From NCBI GenBank assembly GCA_965213625.1, contig CBDBZU010000004.1, forward strand, positions 4,000,001 through 4,064,000: a DNA stretch of 64,000 bases, read 5' to 3'. This document shows positions 1 to 10,282 of the stretch, in pieces; the stretch's first letter is position 1, and each line of letters opens with the position of its first letter. A model generated the notes under the pieces. That model made no database searches and was not told where the DNA came from. It worked only from the letters and a program-made list of their open reading frames with translations. A program made the translations under genes and the position numbers. This stretch comes from a bacterium. GTDB lineage: Bacteria > UBA8248.

Positions 1-519
1 TGCAGTCAGCGTACAGAAATAATACCGAACCGCAGGCGTGAGAACGAGAAAAATCGTGACGGCGAACGAAAACGGAAGCCCGATGGGAGAGTCTCCGAAC
101 AGAAAACCGAAGATGAACAACGCCGCCGCAAACCCGATCACGCCCAGCAATTGCAAGCCAAAGGTATACGCCAAGTCCACCTTGGCGACGGATTTGAGGC
201 GATTCACGGCCTCGGCGATATCCCAAACGGCCCCATCGCCCGTGCGCTCTGACTCGACCCGCAAAATCAGGAGAATGAACAAGAACACCTGCAATACACG
301 CAAGAGAAGCTGGGAGGCGATCATGAGCGGGAACAACAGCATGAGGTTCGCTTCGGGTTCCATCAGCGACTTGATAGAAGGATGCAAGGAGAGCGCAATC
401 ATGGATACGGGCACGTAAATTGCGACGAAAAGGCGGGTAATCTGCGCAAAAGCCGACGCATGGTTGCGCACGCCGTACTCGATATATCTGGAAAGGGGTC
501 CGAGCGCTGTATCTTTCAT
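1..519 (-). CDS. Hypothetical integral membrane protein (runs off window edge)
   Basis: Manual translation from ATG at 519: MKDTALGPLSRYIEYGVRNHASAFAQITRLFVAIYVPVSMIALSLHP...LLGVIGFAAALFIFGFLFG..., open to position 1 with several hydrophobic segments. The + ORF 38..418 is its shadow. Confidence 0.7.
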   Translation of the reverse strand, partial: MKDTALGPLSRYIEYGVRNHASAFAQITRLFVAIYVPVSMIALSLHPSIKSLMEPEANLMLLFPLMIASQLLLRVLQVFLFILLILRVESERTGDGAVWDIAEAVNRLKSVAKVDLAYTFGLQLLGVIGFAAALFIFGFLFGDSPIGLPFSFAVTIFLVLTPAVRYYFCTLTA

Positions 520-702
520 ATAAAAAACAAACCCTTAGAAGAATATGGCCATTTGCACCTGCGTTGATCTTCATCCTTCAGGAACGATACACTAGGAACC
601 TGCATCCGCCGCCCTGCGAATCGCGAGACCGCGCGTGGAAACCAACCCGCAATCGATAACGACACTATACTCGCTCATGATGAGGAATAGAAGGCAAACC
701 CC

Positions 703-1491
703 ATGAGTACCGCGACAATGGTGACGCAAGGCATCCGGGCGCTTGGCCGGCGCGCGATGGAGATTATCGCCGGCATGGGAAGCGCCGCGATCTTCCTGCT
801 CGAATCCGTACGGTGGATTTTCGCACCGCCCTGGCGACCATCGCTCTTGATCCGCCAGATTTACATTATCGGCACTGGTTCGCTCTCCATCGTCTTGCTG
901 AGCGGCCTGTTCACCGGAATGGTGCTGGCGCTACAGGGCATTTACGCTTTCAGAAAATTCGGCTCCGAAGCCTTTCTCGGTCCCGCAGTCGCATTCAGCC
1001 TTATCCGCGAACTCGGGCCCGTGCTCACCGCGCTCGTCGTAACCGGAAGGGCGGGCTCCGCTATGACGGCCGAAATCGGCATCATGCAAATTACCGAACA
1101 AGTGGACGCCTTGAAAAGCATGGCCGTGAACCCCCTGCAGCGCCTCGTCTCTCCCCGGCTGCTCGCGGGCGTGATAGTATTTCCCCTGCTGACGGCGCTT
1201 TGCGACCTCATCGGCATATTCGGTGCCTACCTCGTGGGCGTGGAACTGATGGGCCTGAGTTCGGGCACCTTTTTCGGAGAAATGCAGGACAAGATTGAAA
1301 TGGTCGACATCACTGTAGGCTTCTGGAAGTCCATCGTCTTCGGCCTGATCGTCACATGGGTCTGCTGCTATAAGGGGTATCACTGCGGTCACGGGGCCGA
1401 GGGAGTGGGCAAGGCGACCACCTCTGCCGTTGTGCTCTCTTCCGTCCTGATACTGGTGGGTGATTATTTCCTCACCTCGATTCTCATTTGA
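703..1491 (+). CDS. mlaE: MlaE lipid asymmetry ABC transporter permease
   Basis: RELGPVLTALVVTGRAGSAMTAEIGIMQITEQVDAL motif; GAEGVGKATTSAVV. Confidence 0.95.
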   Translation: MSTATMVTQGIRALGRRAMEIIAGMGSAAIFLLESVRWIFAPPWRPSLLIRQIYIIGTGSLSIVLLSGLFTGMVLALQGIYAFRKFGSEAFLGPAVAFSLIRELGPVLTALVVTGRAGSAMTAEIGIMQITEQVDALKSMAVNPLQRLVSPRLLAGVIVFPLLTALCDLIGIFGAYLVGVELMGLSSGTFFGEMQDKIEMVDITVGFWKSIVFGLIVTWVCCYKGYHCGHGAEGVGKATTSAVVLSSVLILVGDYFLTSILI

Positions 1492-1505
1492 AGAAGGAAC
1501 GGGCC

Positions 1506-1952
1506 TTGTACCGAAAAAACGTGGAATTCGGCGTCGGCATATTCGTTCTGGCGGGAATCCTCGCGCTCGCCTATCTCTCGATCAATCTCGGCGGCCTGGA
1601 AATTTTCGATGACGGCACCTATGAAGTCTCGGCGAATTTCACGACCGCCACGGGTTTGAGAAAGGGCGCGTCGGTGGAAATGGCAGGCGTACGCGTCGGA
1701 CGTGTGAGCGGAATCTCCCTCGACGGGGAGGATGCAAAAATTTCGCTCCGCATCAATGAACACTTAAAACTATCGCGGGATTCCATCGCCTCCATCCGCA
1801 CGAAAGGTGTTCTCGGCGACAAATACGTGAGCTTAAGCCAAGGGGGGGCGGAAAAAATCATCCCTCCGGGCGGACGAATCCGCGAGACGGAACCCCCGGT
1901 TGACATCGAGAAACTCATCGGCGACTTTGTTTTCGGCAAGGTGAAGAAATAA
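1506..1952 (+). CDS. mlaD: MlaD / MCE domain protein
   Basis: N-terminal TM helix, GLRKGASVEMAGVRVGRV, IRTKGVLGDKYV. Probable TTG start at 1506 after GAAGGA (track start 1488). Confidence 0.93.
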   Translation: MYRKNVEFGVGIFVLAGILALAYLSINLGGLEIFDDGTYEVSANFTTATGLRKGASVEMAGVRVGRVSGISLDGEDAKISLRINEHLKLSRDSIASIRTKGVLGDKYVSLSQGGAEKIIPPGGRIRETEPPVDIEKLIGDFVFGKVKK

Positions 1953-2125
1953 AGGGCCATCGCCGCCTGAAGCAACGACAGACAATGGCCTAGTACCCCC
2001 CTCTCCAGCGAGGGATTCGCGCAGTTTGATTCAGCATCAAGAGGGCCGGCTCAAACAAAAACATCTTGTCATCATCCCGGTTTCGCCACTCCCGGATTCA
2101 GGATTTTACCGTACGAGGAGGACCC

Positions 2126-2731
2126 ATGTTGTCGAAAAAGCGTTTGCCGCTGCTCATCGCCACACTTCTCACCTGTTTGCTTCTCACGCCTCCCGCCCAA
2201 GCGGGAGAGCCGTCCGAAGTTGTGCGCAAGGGGATCCACGGGGTGCTGGAGATCCTCGGCCAACCCGAATTGAAAACTCCCGAGAAAAAAGCGGAGCGCA
2301 GAAACCAAATGCGCAAAGTCATTCACCGTTATTTCGATTTCGAAGAAATGTCCAGGCGAAGCCTTGCGAGGGCGTGGAGAAAACGCACACCCAATGAGAA
2401 GTCCGAATTCATCGAGCTATTCAGCTATTTCATGGAGCGCAACTACGCCGGCACGCTGGAAAGCTACACCAATGAGAAAGTTGTTCTCGGCAAAGAAACC
2501 ATCGACGCGGAATTCGCCAAGGTCGACACCGTCATTATCACAACGGACAAGAAAGAAGTAGATATCTTCTACCGCCTGCACAAAGTAGGTGGGGAATGGC
2601 GCGTCTACGACGTTGTAGTGGAGGGCGTAAGCCTGGTGAAAAACTACCGCGACCAGTTCCGTTCCATCATCCGGAGAACTTCCTACGCCAACCTCGTGAA
2701 AATCCTCCGGGCCAAGCGAGACGAGGGCTAG
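2126..2731 (+). CDS. mlaC: MlaC/Ttg2D phospholipid-binding protein
   Basis: Signal peptide, FDFEEMSRRSL, WRVYDVVVEGVSLVKNYRDQF; GAGGAGG upstream of ATG 2126. Confidence 0.92.
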   Translation: MLSKKRLPLLIATLLTCLLLTPPAQAGEPSEVVRKGIHGVLEILGQPELKTPEKKAERRNQMRKVIHRYFDFEEMSRRSLARAWRKRTPNEKSEFIELFSYFMERNYAGTLESYTNEKVVLGKETIDAEFAKVDTVIITTDKKEVDIFYRLHKVGGEWRVYDVVVEGVSLVKNYRDQFRSIIRRTSYANLVKILRAKRDEG

Positions 2732-3059
2732 TGGGGTCGCCCGCAGCGGGCGGTCTGCCCGGCACGCGGGGAAGCGGATATTTGCGGTTAACTTCCGCAT
2801 GGTTTCGAAGTCCCATCGCCTCTCTTTGCACGATGAGGAAATACCGGTAGCGCTCCGCCTCATCCATCGCGTGATGGAGGGCGCGCTCTAGCCTTTCCCT
2901 GATTTTATCGCTGAACTCCTGACCCTTTTCCCATGCGCGCCAGGCGGCCCATGCCCTTTGATGACGCTTGGAGAACTCGCTGCCGATGCGGCCGAGCGAA
3001 GTGGCCATTTCCTCGGCTATCTCGCGCTCCACGGCCAGGGGTTTGAATTTTCCGCTCAT
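2667..3059 (-). CDS. Small helical hypothetical protein (DUF6665-like)
   Basis: EIAEEMATSLGRIG ... FLIVQREAMGLRNH...KYP pattern. Follows the MFS gene; its 3' end overlaps the mlaC end. Confidence 0.6.
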   Translation of the reverse strand: MSGKFKPLAVEREIAEEMATSLGRIGSEFSKRHQRAWAAWRAWEKGQEFSDKIRERLERALHHAMDEAERYRYFLIVQREAMGLRNHAEVNRKYPLPRVPGRPPAAGDPTSPRLAWPGGFSRGWRRKFSG

Positions 3060-3063
3060 GATT

Positions 3064-4263
3064 CTACGCCGTTTCCTTGGGCAGTCCGAGAGAGAGGAAC
3101 GAGCCCACGACGCCGAACGCCATGCAAACCAGCGGCAGGGCCGTTTCCACGCCGATGTAGTCGGCGAGGCCGCCCACGGCGATCATCCCGATGCTCGCCA
3201 CGAACCAGACCACGCCGAGCATAAAACTGCTTACCAGGGCGGCGTGTTCGGGAGCGATTTCCTGCGCGTACGTCACGGAAACTCCCATCTGCGCGTAGAA
3301 TGCCGCACCCGAGAGTATGACGAAGACAGTCCGCAATGGCTCGTCAAACAGAAAGGCCATGCCCAACGCGGGCGTACCCACGCAGATGGCCATGATCGTC
3401 ACGATCCGTCTGCCGAAGATGTCGGAGAGATGCCCGCCGTAGATGCCGCCCACCGCCGCGGCGACCAGGAACAGGGTAATGGCCGTTCCGCCCGCGGCCA
3501 GCGAACCACCCTTGGCGATGATGTATATCGGCAAGAATACCTGCACCGTCATCGTCACCGTGGTGCGGCAGAGATTCACGACCCACAGCAGAAAAAGCGG
3601 ACGGAACACGAGCCTGAGCATACGCATCGTCTGCGTGAAACTCTGCGGCGCGCCGCTTCCCACCTCCCGGATAGGTGGAGAGAAGAAAAGCAAAGGCGCC
3701 CCGATGATAATGCCGACGAGGCTCGCATAGGGTATCGCGTCTATCCCCCAACGGATGACGATGAACGTCGCCATCCCGGATCCCAGACCAACGCCCAGTC
3801 GACCGCCGGCGACGTAGAGCGACATACCGAACCCTTTTCTCGCGCCCGCTGACTGCCCGGCGATGACCGAAGCTACGGGATGAAAACAAGCCGACCCCGA
3901 GCCCGCGATCAGCATGAGAAGCATAAGCATCCAGAAATTCGGCATGTAGAGCATGAACGCCAAGAGCGCGCCGCCCAGTGGACCGAGCGCCAGTAGCCAC
4001 CCTTTTTTGATCCTGTCGGCGAAATAGCCGAAAAGGGGCTGGCCCACGGCGCCGGTGATGGAAAGCGTGGTGGCCAGAAGACCCGCCAGGCTCAATGGCA
4101 GGTCCAAGCGTTCCACGATGAGAGGTAGCAGCGGCGGGAGAAAACCGAAATAGCTGTCGTTCGCGACGTGGGCGACGATAAGCAGGGAAATTCTTCTTTT
4201 CTTGAGGCGCTCTGGAACCGCACCCGCCACGGCCGTATCACTCAAAGACGTTCTCCGAAACAA
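3064..4263 (-). CDS. MFS transporter (Fsr-like)
   Basis: AHVANDSY, QPLFGYFADR, GSACFHP, GHLSDIFGRR; about 12 TM segments. Confidence 0.9.
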   Translation of the reverse strand: MFRRTSLSDTAVAGAVPERLKKRRISLLIVAHVANDSYFGFLPPLLPLIVERLDLPLSLAGLLATTLSITGAVGQPLFGYFADRIKKGWLLALGPLGGALLAFMLYMPNFWMLMLLMLIAGSGSACFHPVASVIAGQSAGARKGFGMSLYVAGGRLGVGLGSGMATFIVIRWGIDAIPYASLVGIIIGAPLLFFSPPIREVGSGAPQSFTQTMRMLRLVFRPLFLLWVVNLCRTTVTMTVQVFLPIYIIAKGGSLAAGGTAITLFLVAAAVGGIYGGHLSDIFGRRIVTIMAICVGTPALGMAFLFDEPLRTVFVILSGAAFYAQMGVSVTYAQEIAPEHAALVSSFMLGVVWFVASIGMIAVGGLADYIGVETALPLVCMAFGVVGSFLSLGLPKETA

Positions 4264-4309
4264 AATTGCTGCGATGAACCCGCCTGAACCGGGCGCGGAT
4301 GTGAGGCGA

Positions 4310-6955
4310 TTATGTCATTTTTTCAATGAGTCCGGGAACGGCGGCGAGGGCGTCGTCCACCTTTTCGACGTCTTTGCCGCCCGCTTGTGCGAAGTCCTGC
4401 CTGCCGCCTCCTCTGCCGCCGACGAGCGAAGCCACCTCTTTCACCAGATTGCCGGCATGAATGCGAGAGGTGAGGTCTTTCGTGACGCCCGCGGCGATGG
4501 CGACCTTCCCGTCCGTCACCGCGGCAACCACTGCGACGCCACTTTTAAGCTTGCCCTTTGCCGCGTCGATGATTCCGCGTAAATCGCCCGCCTGAAGACC
4601 GTCGCGCCTCACGGCGATGAGCTTAACGCCAGAAATTTCCTGGGCGTCAGAAGCCAGATCGCCCATCTCGTCGCGCGATTGCCTATCGCGCGAATCCTTG
4701 AGTTCACGCTCGAGCGTCTTCACGCGATCGAGCAGACGCCTCACACGCTCGGCCTCTTCCAGTGGCGCCGCCCTGGTCAGTTCCCCGATCTCGGAAAGCG
4801 CATGTTGTTCCTTTCGCGCCTGGAGAAGCGCGCCCTCGCCCGTCAAGGCCTCGATGCGCCTTACGCCGGCAGCCACGCTGCCCTCGTGCAGGATGCGGAA
4901 TAATCCGATGTCGCCGGCGGCGCGCGCGTGGGTGCCCCCGCAAAGCTCCATACTAAAATCTCCCACAGAGACGACCCGCACGTCCTCACCGTAACGCTCT
5001 CCGAAGAGCGCCGTCGCTCCTGCGGCCAACGCGTCGTCTATCGACATATGCCGCGTTTCCACGTTCGCGTTCTCGCGAATGCGCTCGTTCACGATGTCCT
5101 CCACCCTTTCGCGCTCACGGGCCGTCATCGCCGCGAAATGGGTGTAGTCGAACCGCAACCTCTCGGGCGAGAGATGAGAACCCGCCTGCTTGACGTGATC
5201 TCCCAAAACCTGACGCAGCGCGTATTGCAGTAAGTGGGTGGCCGAGTGGTTGCGCCTCAAAAGTTCGCGTCTATCTACGTCGATTCGCGCGGTGAGGCTC
5301 TGTCCTTTTTTGAGGGTTCCTTCCATCACCTTGACGTGATGGACGTATACATCGGGAAGCGGCTTCTGCGTATCGAGTACGACCCCGGCGCCATCGGACC
5401 AGGAGATCCCGCCCTTGTCGCCTTCTTGTCCACCCGCTTCGCCGTAAAACGGCGTTTTATCCAGAACGACGCGCGCCTCAACTCCCGTGCCGGCTTCATC
5501 GCTCAGCGCACCATCCACGATGAGGGCGCAGGCGCAGGCTTCTTCCTCATCGTGATCATAACCGGTGAATTCGCAGGCGCCGGCCTTATCGCGCACCTGA
5601 TGCCAGATTTCATCGACTGCGGCCTCACCCGAACCCTTCCAGTGGGCGCGGGCACGTTCACGCTGCTGCTCCATCGCCTCATCAAAACCGCCCTGGTCTA
5701 TATCGAGGTCGTGGTAGGCTGCCGTCTCCACCGCCAAATCCCATGGATAGCCATAGGTATCGAGCAGGGTGAACACCTCCCCGCCCGGGATTGTGGCACT
5801 GCCCGAAGACTTCACTTGATCCGCCAGCGCGTCCATACGCGGCTGGCCCTGCGCCAGAGTGTTGGCGAACCTCTCTTCTTCGGCCAGCGTGACGCGAGAG
5901 ATGTAACTCAAGCTCTCTCTCAGTTCGGGGAACGCATCGCCCATCATGTCGGCCACTACACCTGCTGTCTGATGCAGGAACGGACCATCGATGCCCAGCA
6001 TCCTGCCGTGGCGCAAGGCCCGCCTCGCCACGCGCCTTAACACGTAGCCCCGCCCCTCGTTGCTGGGTAATACGCCGTCCGCCACCAAAAAGCTGACCGC
6101 GCGAACGTGATCCGCAATGACGCGGAACGAAACGTCGTTCGGTGCGTCAGTGCCGGTGTATTCCTTGCCGCAACGCTCCTCGACTGAATGAATGAGCGGC
6201 ATCAGGAGATCGGTGTGGTAATTGCTGTCCTCTTTCTGCACCACCGCCGCGAGCCGCTCCAGTCCCATTCCCGTATCGACGGAGGGCTTGGGCAGCGGTT
6301 CCATTTTGCCCGAAGACTCCCGGTTAAACTGCATGAACACCAGGTTCCAGAGCTCGAGATAGCGATCCCCGTCTTCATCCTCGTGACCGCTGCCCGGTGG
6401 CGCACCGACGATGTGATCGCCCTGATCATAAATGAGCTCCGAGCAGGGGCCGCAGGGCCCGGTATCCCCCATCGCCCAAAAGTTGTCCTTCTCGTCCATG
6501 CGGACTATGCGCTCGGGCGGAACACCCACGATCCGCTCCCAAAGTTCTGCCGCCTCGTCGTCCTCCCGGAATACCGTGATCCACATGCGATCTCCGTCGA
6601 GCCCCACGCGATTGATCAGAAACTCCCAGCCGAACTCGATAGCATTTTCCTTGAAATACTGGCCGAAAGAGAAGTTGCCCAGCATTTCGAAAAACGTGTG
6701 ATGCCGGGCCGTTCGCCCGACGTTTTCGAGGTCGTTGTGCTTGCCGCTCACCCGCAGGCATTTCTGGGAACTCACCGCCCGGGAGTAGTCGCGCTTTTCC
6801 AGACCCGTGAACACGTCCTTGAACTGGACCATGCCGGCGTTGGTGAATAACAAGGTGGGATCGTTCATGGGCACCAGGCTGGAACTGCGTACGATCCTGT
6901 GCGCCTCGTCGGAGAAGAATTCGAGAAATTTTTGGCGGACCTCATTGCCCTTCAT
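4310..6955 (-). CDS. alaS: Alanine--tRNA ligase
   Basis: DPTLLFTNAGMVQFK, HHTFFEMLGNFSFG, NHSATHLL, ELCGGTH, GGGRQDFAQAGG. Confidence 0.99.
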   Translation of the reverse strand: MKGNEVRQKFLEFFSDEAHRIVRSSSLVPMNDPTLLFTNAGMVQFKDVFTGLEKRDYSRAVSSQKCLRVSGKHNDLENVGRTARHHTFFEMLGNFSFGQYFKENAIEFGWEFLINRVGLDGDRMWITVFREDDEAAELWERIVGVPPERIVRMDEKDNFWAMGDTGPCGPCSELIYDQGDHIVGAPPGSGHEDEDGDRYLELWNLVFMQFNRESSGKMEPLPKPSVDTGMGLERLAAVVQKEDSNYHTDLLMPLIHSVEERCGKEYTGTDAPNDVSFRVIADHVRAVSFLVADGVLPSNEGRGYVLRRVARRALRHGRMLGIDGPFLHQTAGVVADMMGDAFPELRESLSYISRVTLAEEERFANTLAQGQPRMDALADQVKSSGSATIPGGEVFTLLDTYGYPWDLAVETAAYHDLDIDQGGFDEAMEQQRERARAHWKGSGEAAVDEIWHQVRDKAGACEFTGYDHDEEEACACALIVDGALSDEAGTGVEARVVLDKTPFYGEAGGQEGDKGGISWSDGAGVVLDTQKPLPDVYVHHVKVMEGTLKKGQSLTARIDVDRRELLRRNHSATHLLQYALRQVLGDHVKQAGSHLSPERLRFDYTHFAAMTARERERVEDIVNERIRENANVETRHMSIDDALAAGATALFGERYGEDVRVVSVGDFSMELCGGTHARAAGDIGLFRILHEGSVAAGVRRIEALTGEGALLQARKEQHALSEIGELTRAAPLEEAERVRRLLDRVKTLERELKDSRDRQSRDEMGDLASDAQEISGVKLIAVRRDGLQAGDLRGIIDAAKGKLKSGVAVVAAVTDGKVAIAAGVTKDLTSRIHAGNLVKEVASLVGGRGGGRQDFAQAGGKDVEKVDDALAAVPGLIEKMT

Positions 6956-7022
6956 AAATTGATTTCTCCAAATTACGCTCTTTTATCTGAAAATCTTTGT
7001 GGCGAGAATACGCCTTCACGCT

Positions 7023-8651
7023 TCAGATGGCGACGTCTTGTTGATAAAGGCCGAATACTTCGCGCAGTGTGTCTGCGATCTCTCCGACAGTGGCCTCGGC
7101 CTGCACCGCTCTCAGGATGTAGGGCAGAAGATTGTCATCACCCCTGGCAGCGTGGCTCAAAGCGTCGAGCGCAAAGCTCGTTCTATCAGCGTGGCGCCGT
7201 ATTCTCAGCGAGGCGACGCGCTCTTTTTGCTCTCCCTCGACCTCCGGGCGAATCTGAAGCGTCGAGATGCGTGACTCTTCTTCCTGTTGATACTGGTTCA
7301 CGCCGACGACGACCATCTCCCCCTCATCGACGAGACGCTGGTAGGCATAGGCGCTTTCTTGAATCTGGCGTTGCACCCAACCCGTCTCGATGGCTTGGAG
7401 CATGCCGCCGGAATCGTCGATTTGCCGGATTAACTCCTCGGCACGGGAAACGATTTCCGACGTCAGCGCTTCGATGGCGTAGGCCCCCCCGCACGGATCC
7501 GCCACGTTCGGCACGTTCGATTCCTCGGCGATAATCTGCTGGGTTCTGAGCGCGAGCCTCGCCGCATCCTCCGTGGGCAGGGACAGCGCCTCGTCCATCG
7601 AATTCGTGTGAAGTGATTGCGTACCCCCCAGCACGGCGGCCATTGCCTGAAGTGCGACGCGCACGACGTTATTTTTCGGTTGTTGCGCGGTCAGCGCACT
7701 GCCGGCGGTCTGGGAGTGAAATCGCAGCATACAAGCCTTCTCCGAACGCGCCCCGAAGCGCTCGCGCATGATCCGCGCCCAAAGCCTTCTCGCGGCGCGG
7801 AATTTTGCGATTTCCTCCAGAAAATGATTATGGACGTTGAAGAAAAAAGATATCTGTGAAGCGAGCTCATCTACATTCAGGCCTGCGTCGACCGCGGCCT
7901 CCACATAGGTGATGGCATTCGCGAGCGTGAAGGCCACCTCCTGAACTGCGGTCGAGCCCGCCTCGCGGATGTGGTAGCCGCTGATCGATATGGCGTTCCA
8001 TTTGGGAACCCTGTCCTTGCAGAACTCCATGGTATCGGTGATCAGGCGCAGGCTCGCCTCGGGCGGATAAATATAAGTTCCGCGCGATATGTATTCCTTC
8101 AAGATGTCGTTCTGGACGGTTCCCCGGAGCGCTTCGGAGGGAATGCCGTGCTTCTCGGCCACCGCGACGTAGAGGGCCAGTAAAATGGGCGCGGTGGCGT
8201 TGATGGTCATCGACGTGGAAATCTTGTCCAGAGGGATGTCTTCGAGAAGAACCTCCATGTCCTCGATGGAGGCGATGGATACCCCCACGCGGCCCACTTC
8301 GCCGTATACCAGGGGATGATCGGGGTCGTAACCTATCTGGGTGGGCAGATCGAACGCCACGGAGATTCCCATCTGCCCGTGATCTAGGAGGTAGCGATAG
8401 CGGTGGTTGCTCTCCCGCGCGCTGCCGAAACCGGCGTATTGGCGCATCGTCCAGAGCCTGCCCCGGTACATATTTCCGTAGATGCCCCGTGTATAGGGAT
8501 GCGCGCCCGGCTCCTCGGCGAGGTTTTCCGAATCCACCTCTCCCGGTCCGAAATACGCCGGAAGCGTGATGCCAGAGAGGGTAGATCGACCCTCTTCTTC
8601 GGCACGTTCACTCCAGGCCCTTTGGGCCATGGCGATGCTCGGCTCGCTCAT
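7023..8651 (-). CDS. Methylmalonyl-CoA mutase, stand-alone substrate-binding (large) subunit
   Basis: [54 protein letters not shown]. No C-terminal B12-binding domain. Start placed at MSEPS. Confidence 0.93.
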   Translation of the reverse strand: MSEPSIAMAQRAWSERAEEEGRSTLSGITLPAYFGPGEVDSENLAEEPGAHPYTRGIYGNMYRGRLWTMRQYAGFGSARESNHRYRYLLDHGQMGISVAFDLPTQIGYDPDHPLVYGEVGRVGVSIASIEDMEVLLEDIPLDKISTSMTINATAPILLALYVAVAEKHGIPSEALRGTVQNDILKEYISRGTYIYPPEASLRLITDTMEFCKDRVPKWNAISISGYHIREAGSTAVQEVAFTLANAITYVEAAVDAGLNVDELASQISFFFNVHNHFLEEIAKFRAARRLWARIMRERFGARSEKACMLRFHSQTAGSALTAQQPKNNVVRVALQAMAAVLGGTQSLHTNSMDEALSLPTEDAARLALRTQQIIAEESNVPNVADPCGGAYAIEALTSEIVSRAEELIRQIDDSGGMLQAIETGWVQRQIQESAYAYQRLVDEGEMVVVGVNQYQQEEESRISTLQIRPEVEGEQKERVASLRIRRHADRTSFALDALSHAARGDDNLLPYILRAVQAEATVGEIADTLREVFGLYQQDVAI

Positions 8652-8846
8652 CCTGGACCCCAAAAAAAAAGAGAACTCGGAAAACGACTTGGTCTTTAAG
8701 GAAAATAAAATAGCATATTTGCGCATAATCAGACCAGCTAGAGGCGGATTGCATGACCCTTGCAGGGAGCGATAGCGCCGGATGTTACGCCTCCTGGACA
8801 TTCCTCGTGAATTCCAAAAACAAACGATTCAAGCTACAATTTTCAC

Positions 8847-9452
8847 ATGACTACCTATCGCCTGCCCCTGTTCCCGCTTCAAGTCGTACTCCTGCCGGGA
8901 CAGCGACTGCCCCTGCACATATTTGAGGAACGCTACAAAATCATGATCGGCGAGTGCGTTGAAGATGAGTCCCTCTTCGGTGTTGTTCTCGTGGGTAAAG
9001 GCGGCATCCACAAAATCGGATGCACGGCTCGCATCACGCAGGTGCTCGAAAGGTTTCCCGACGGCAGGATGAACATCCTCACCCAAGGAGAGAAGCGCTT
9101 CGAGGTTTATCGCGTATATGACACCCGGCCCTATTTCGAGGGGGAGGTGAGCGATTTTCATGATGAGGAAGGGGACGACTCCACGGAATTATGCCGCATG
9201 GTGTGGGAGGCTCTCGAAAAAAGTGGTTCGGCGCCCCCGAACCTGCCCGAGGAGTTGCTTGAAGATCCGTTCCGGCTCTCTTTCTCCGTCGCCGAGGTTC
9301 TCAGGCTGCCGCTTCGTGAAAAGCAGTCATTCCTGGGATCGCGCTCCCTCAGGTGGAGACTGAAACGTTTGCTCGCGTTTCTCAGAAAGGATAAACCTTC
9401 CAGATTCAACATCACCGACTACGAGAAGTCCGCCCATAGGAACGGGCACTGA
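8847..9452 (+). CDS. Stand-alone Lon substrate-binding (N-terminal) domain protein
   Basis: LPLFPLQVVLLPGQRLPLHIFEERY, PDGRMNILTQGEKRF. Confidence 0.9.
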   Translation: MTTYRLPLFPLQVVLLPGQRLPLHIFEERYKIMIGECVEDESLFGVVLVGKGGIHKIGCTARITQVLERFPDGRMNILTQGEKRFEVYRVYDTRPYFEGEVSDFHDEEGDDSTELCRMVWEALEKSGSAPPNLPEELLEDPFRLSFSVAEVLRLPLREKQSFLGSRSLRWRLKRLLAFLRKDKPSRFNITDYEKSAHRNGH

Positions 9453-9489
9453 AACCCTTTTGGGGTTGAAGGGTAATTGAGCGTGATCC

Positions 9490-10275
9490 CTAGCCCTCTC
9501 CCTCCAGTACCTGGACGCGCTCGATGGAAAGCGCCTTCCCGGTATCCGGGGCTATCTCGACGAGCGCGCCGTTGAGCTGCCCATCCCCTCCGGCCACCTC
9601 GAAGCGACGCGGTAGCCCGGATATGAATTTATCCAGAACAATCTCCGTTTTCATGCCGATGATGGAGTTGCGCGGCCCTGTCATACCGACGTCCGTGATG
9701 AATGCCGTGCCCTTGGGCAGCACCCGCTCATCCGCCGTCTGAATGTGGGTATGTGTGCCGAAGACGGCGCTCACGCGGCCGTCGAGATGCCAGCCCATGG
9801 CCACCTTCTCGCTCGTGGCCTCCGCGTGAAAATCGACCATGATCATTTTCGTCTCCGGGCTCACCCGCCTGATGAGATCATCGGCTTCTCTGAATGGACA
9901 TTCGATGGGCGGCATGAAAACACGACCCATGAGATTCAAGACGGCGAGGCTTCCTTTTGCGGATTCCAGGACGAAGATACCCTTGCCCGGCGTTCGGGGA
10001 GGGTAGTTCCCGGGTCTGAGCAGGCGGGGTTCACGCAAGATGAAATCGGCCGTCTCTTTACGGTTCCAGATGTGATTCCCCGATGTGATGACGTCCGCGC
10101 CCGCATCGAGCAATTCATCGACGTGCGCGTTGTTGATCCCGAAGCCACCGGCCGCGTTTTCCCCGTTGATGACGCACACGTCGACTTCGTGTTTTTCCTT
10201 GAGCGCACCCAAGTGGGCGCATGCCATGCGGCGTCCCACTTTTCCCGTGATATCTCCGACAAACAAAAGCCTCAA
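9490..10275 (-). CDS. ymdB: TIGR00282/YmdB metallophosphoesterase
   Basis: GDITG, NGENAAGG, TSGNHIW, DFHAEATSEK, GTHTH; located downstream of rny. Confidence 0.95.
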   Translation of the reverse strand: MRLLFVGDITGKVGRRMACAHLGALKEKHEVDVCVINGENAAGGFGINNAHVDELLDAGADVITSGNHIWNRKETADFILREPRLLRPGNYPPRTPGKGIFVLESAKGSLAVLNLMGRVFMPPIECPFREADDLIRRVSPETKMIMVDFHAEATSEKVAMGWHLDGRVSAVFGTHTHIQTADERVLPKGTAFITDVGMTGPRNSIIGMKTEIVLDKFISGLPRRFEVAGGDGQLNGALVEIAPDTGKALSIERVQVLEGEG

Positions 10276-10282
10276 GACTACC

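Noticed and set aside
8847-9452. Truncated lon pseudogene
   Set aside because: Stand-alone Lon N-domain proteins are a common intact family, and the ORF has a clean start and stop.
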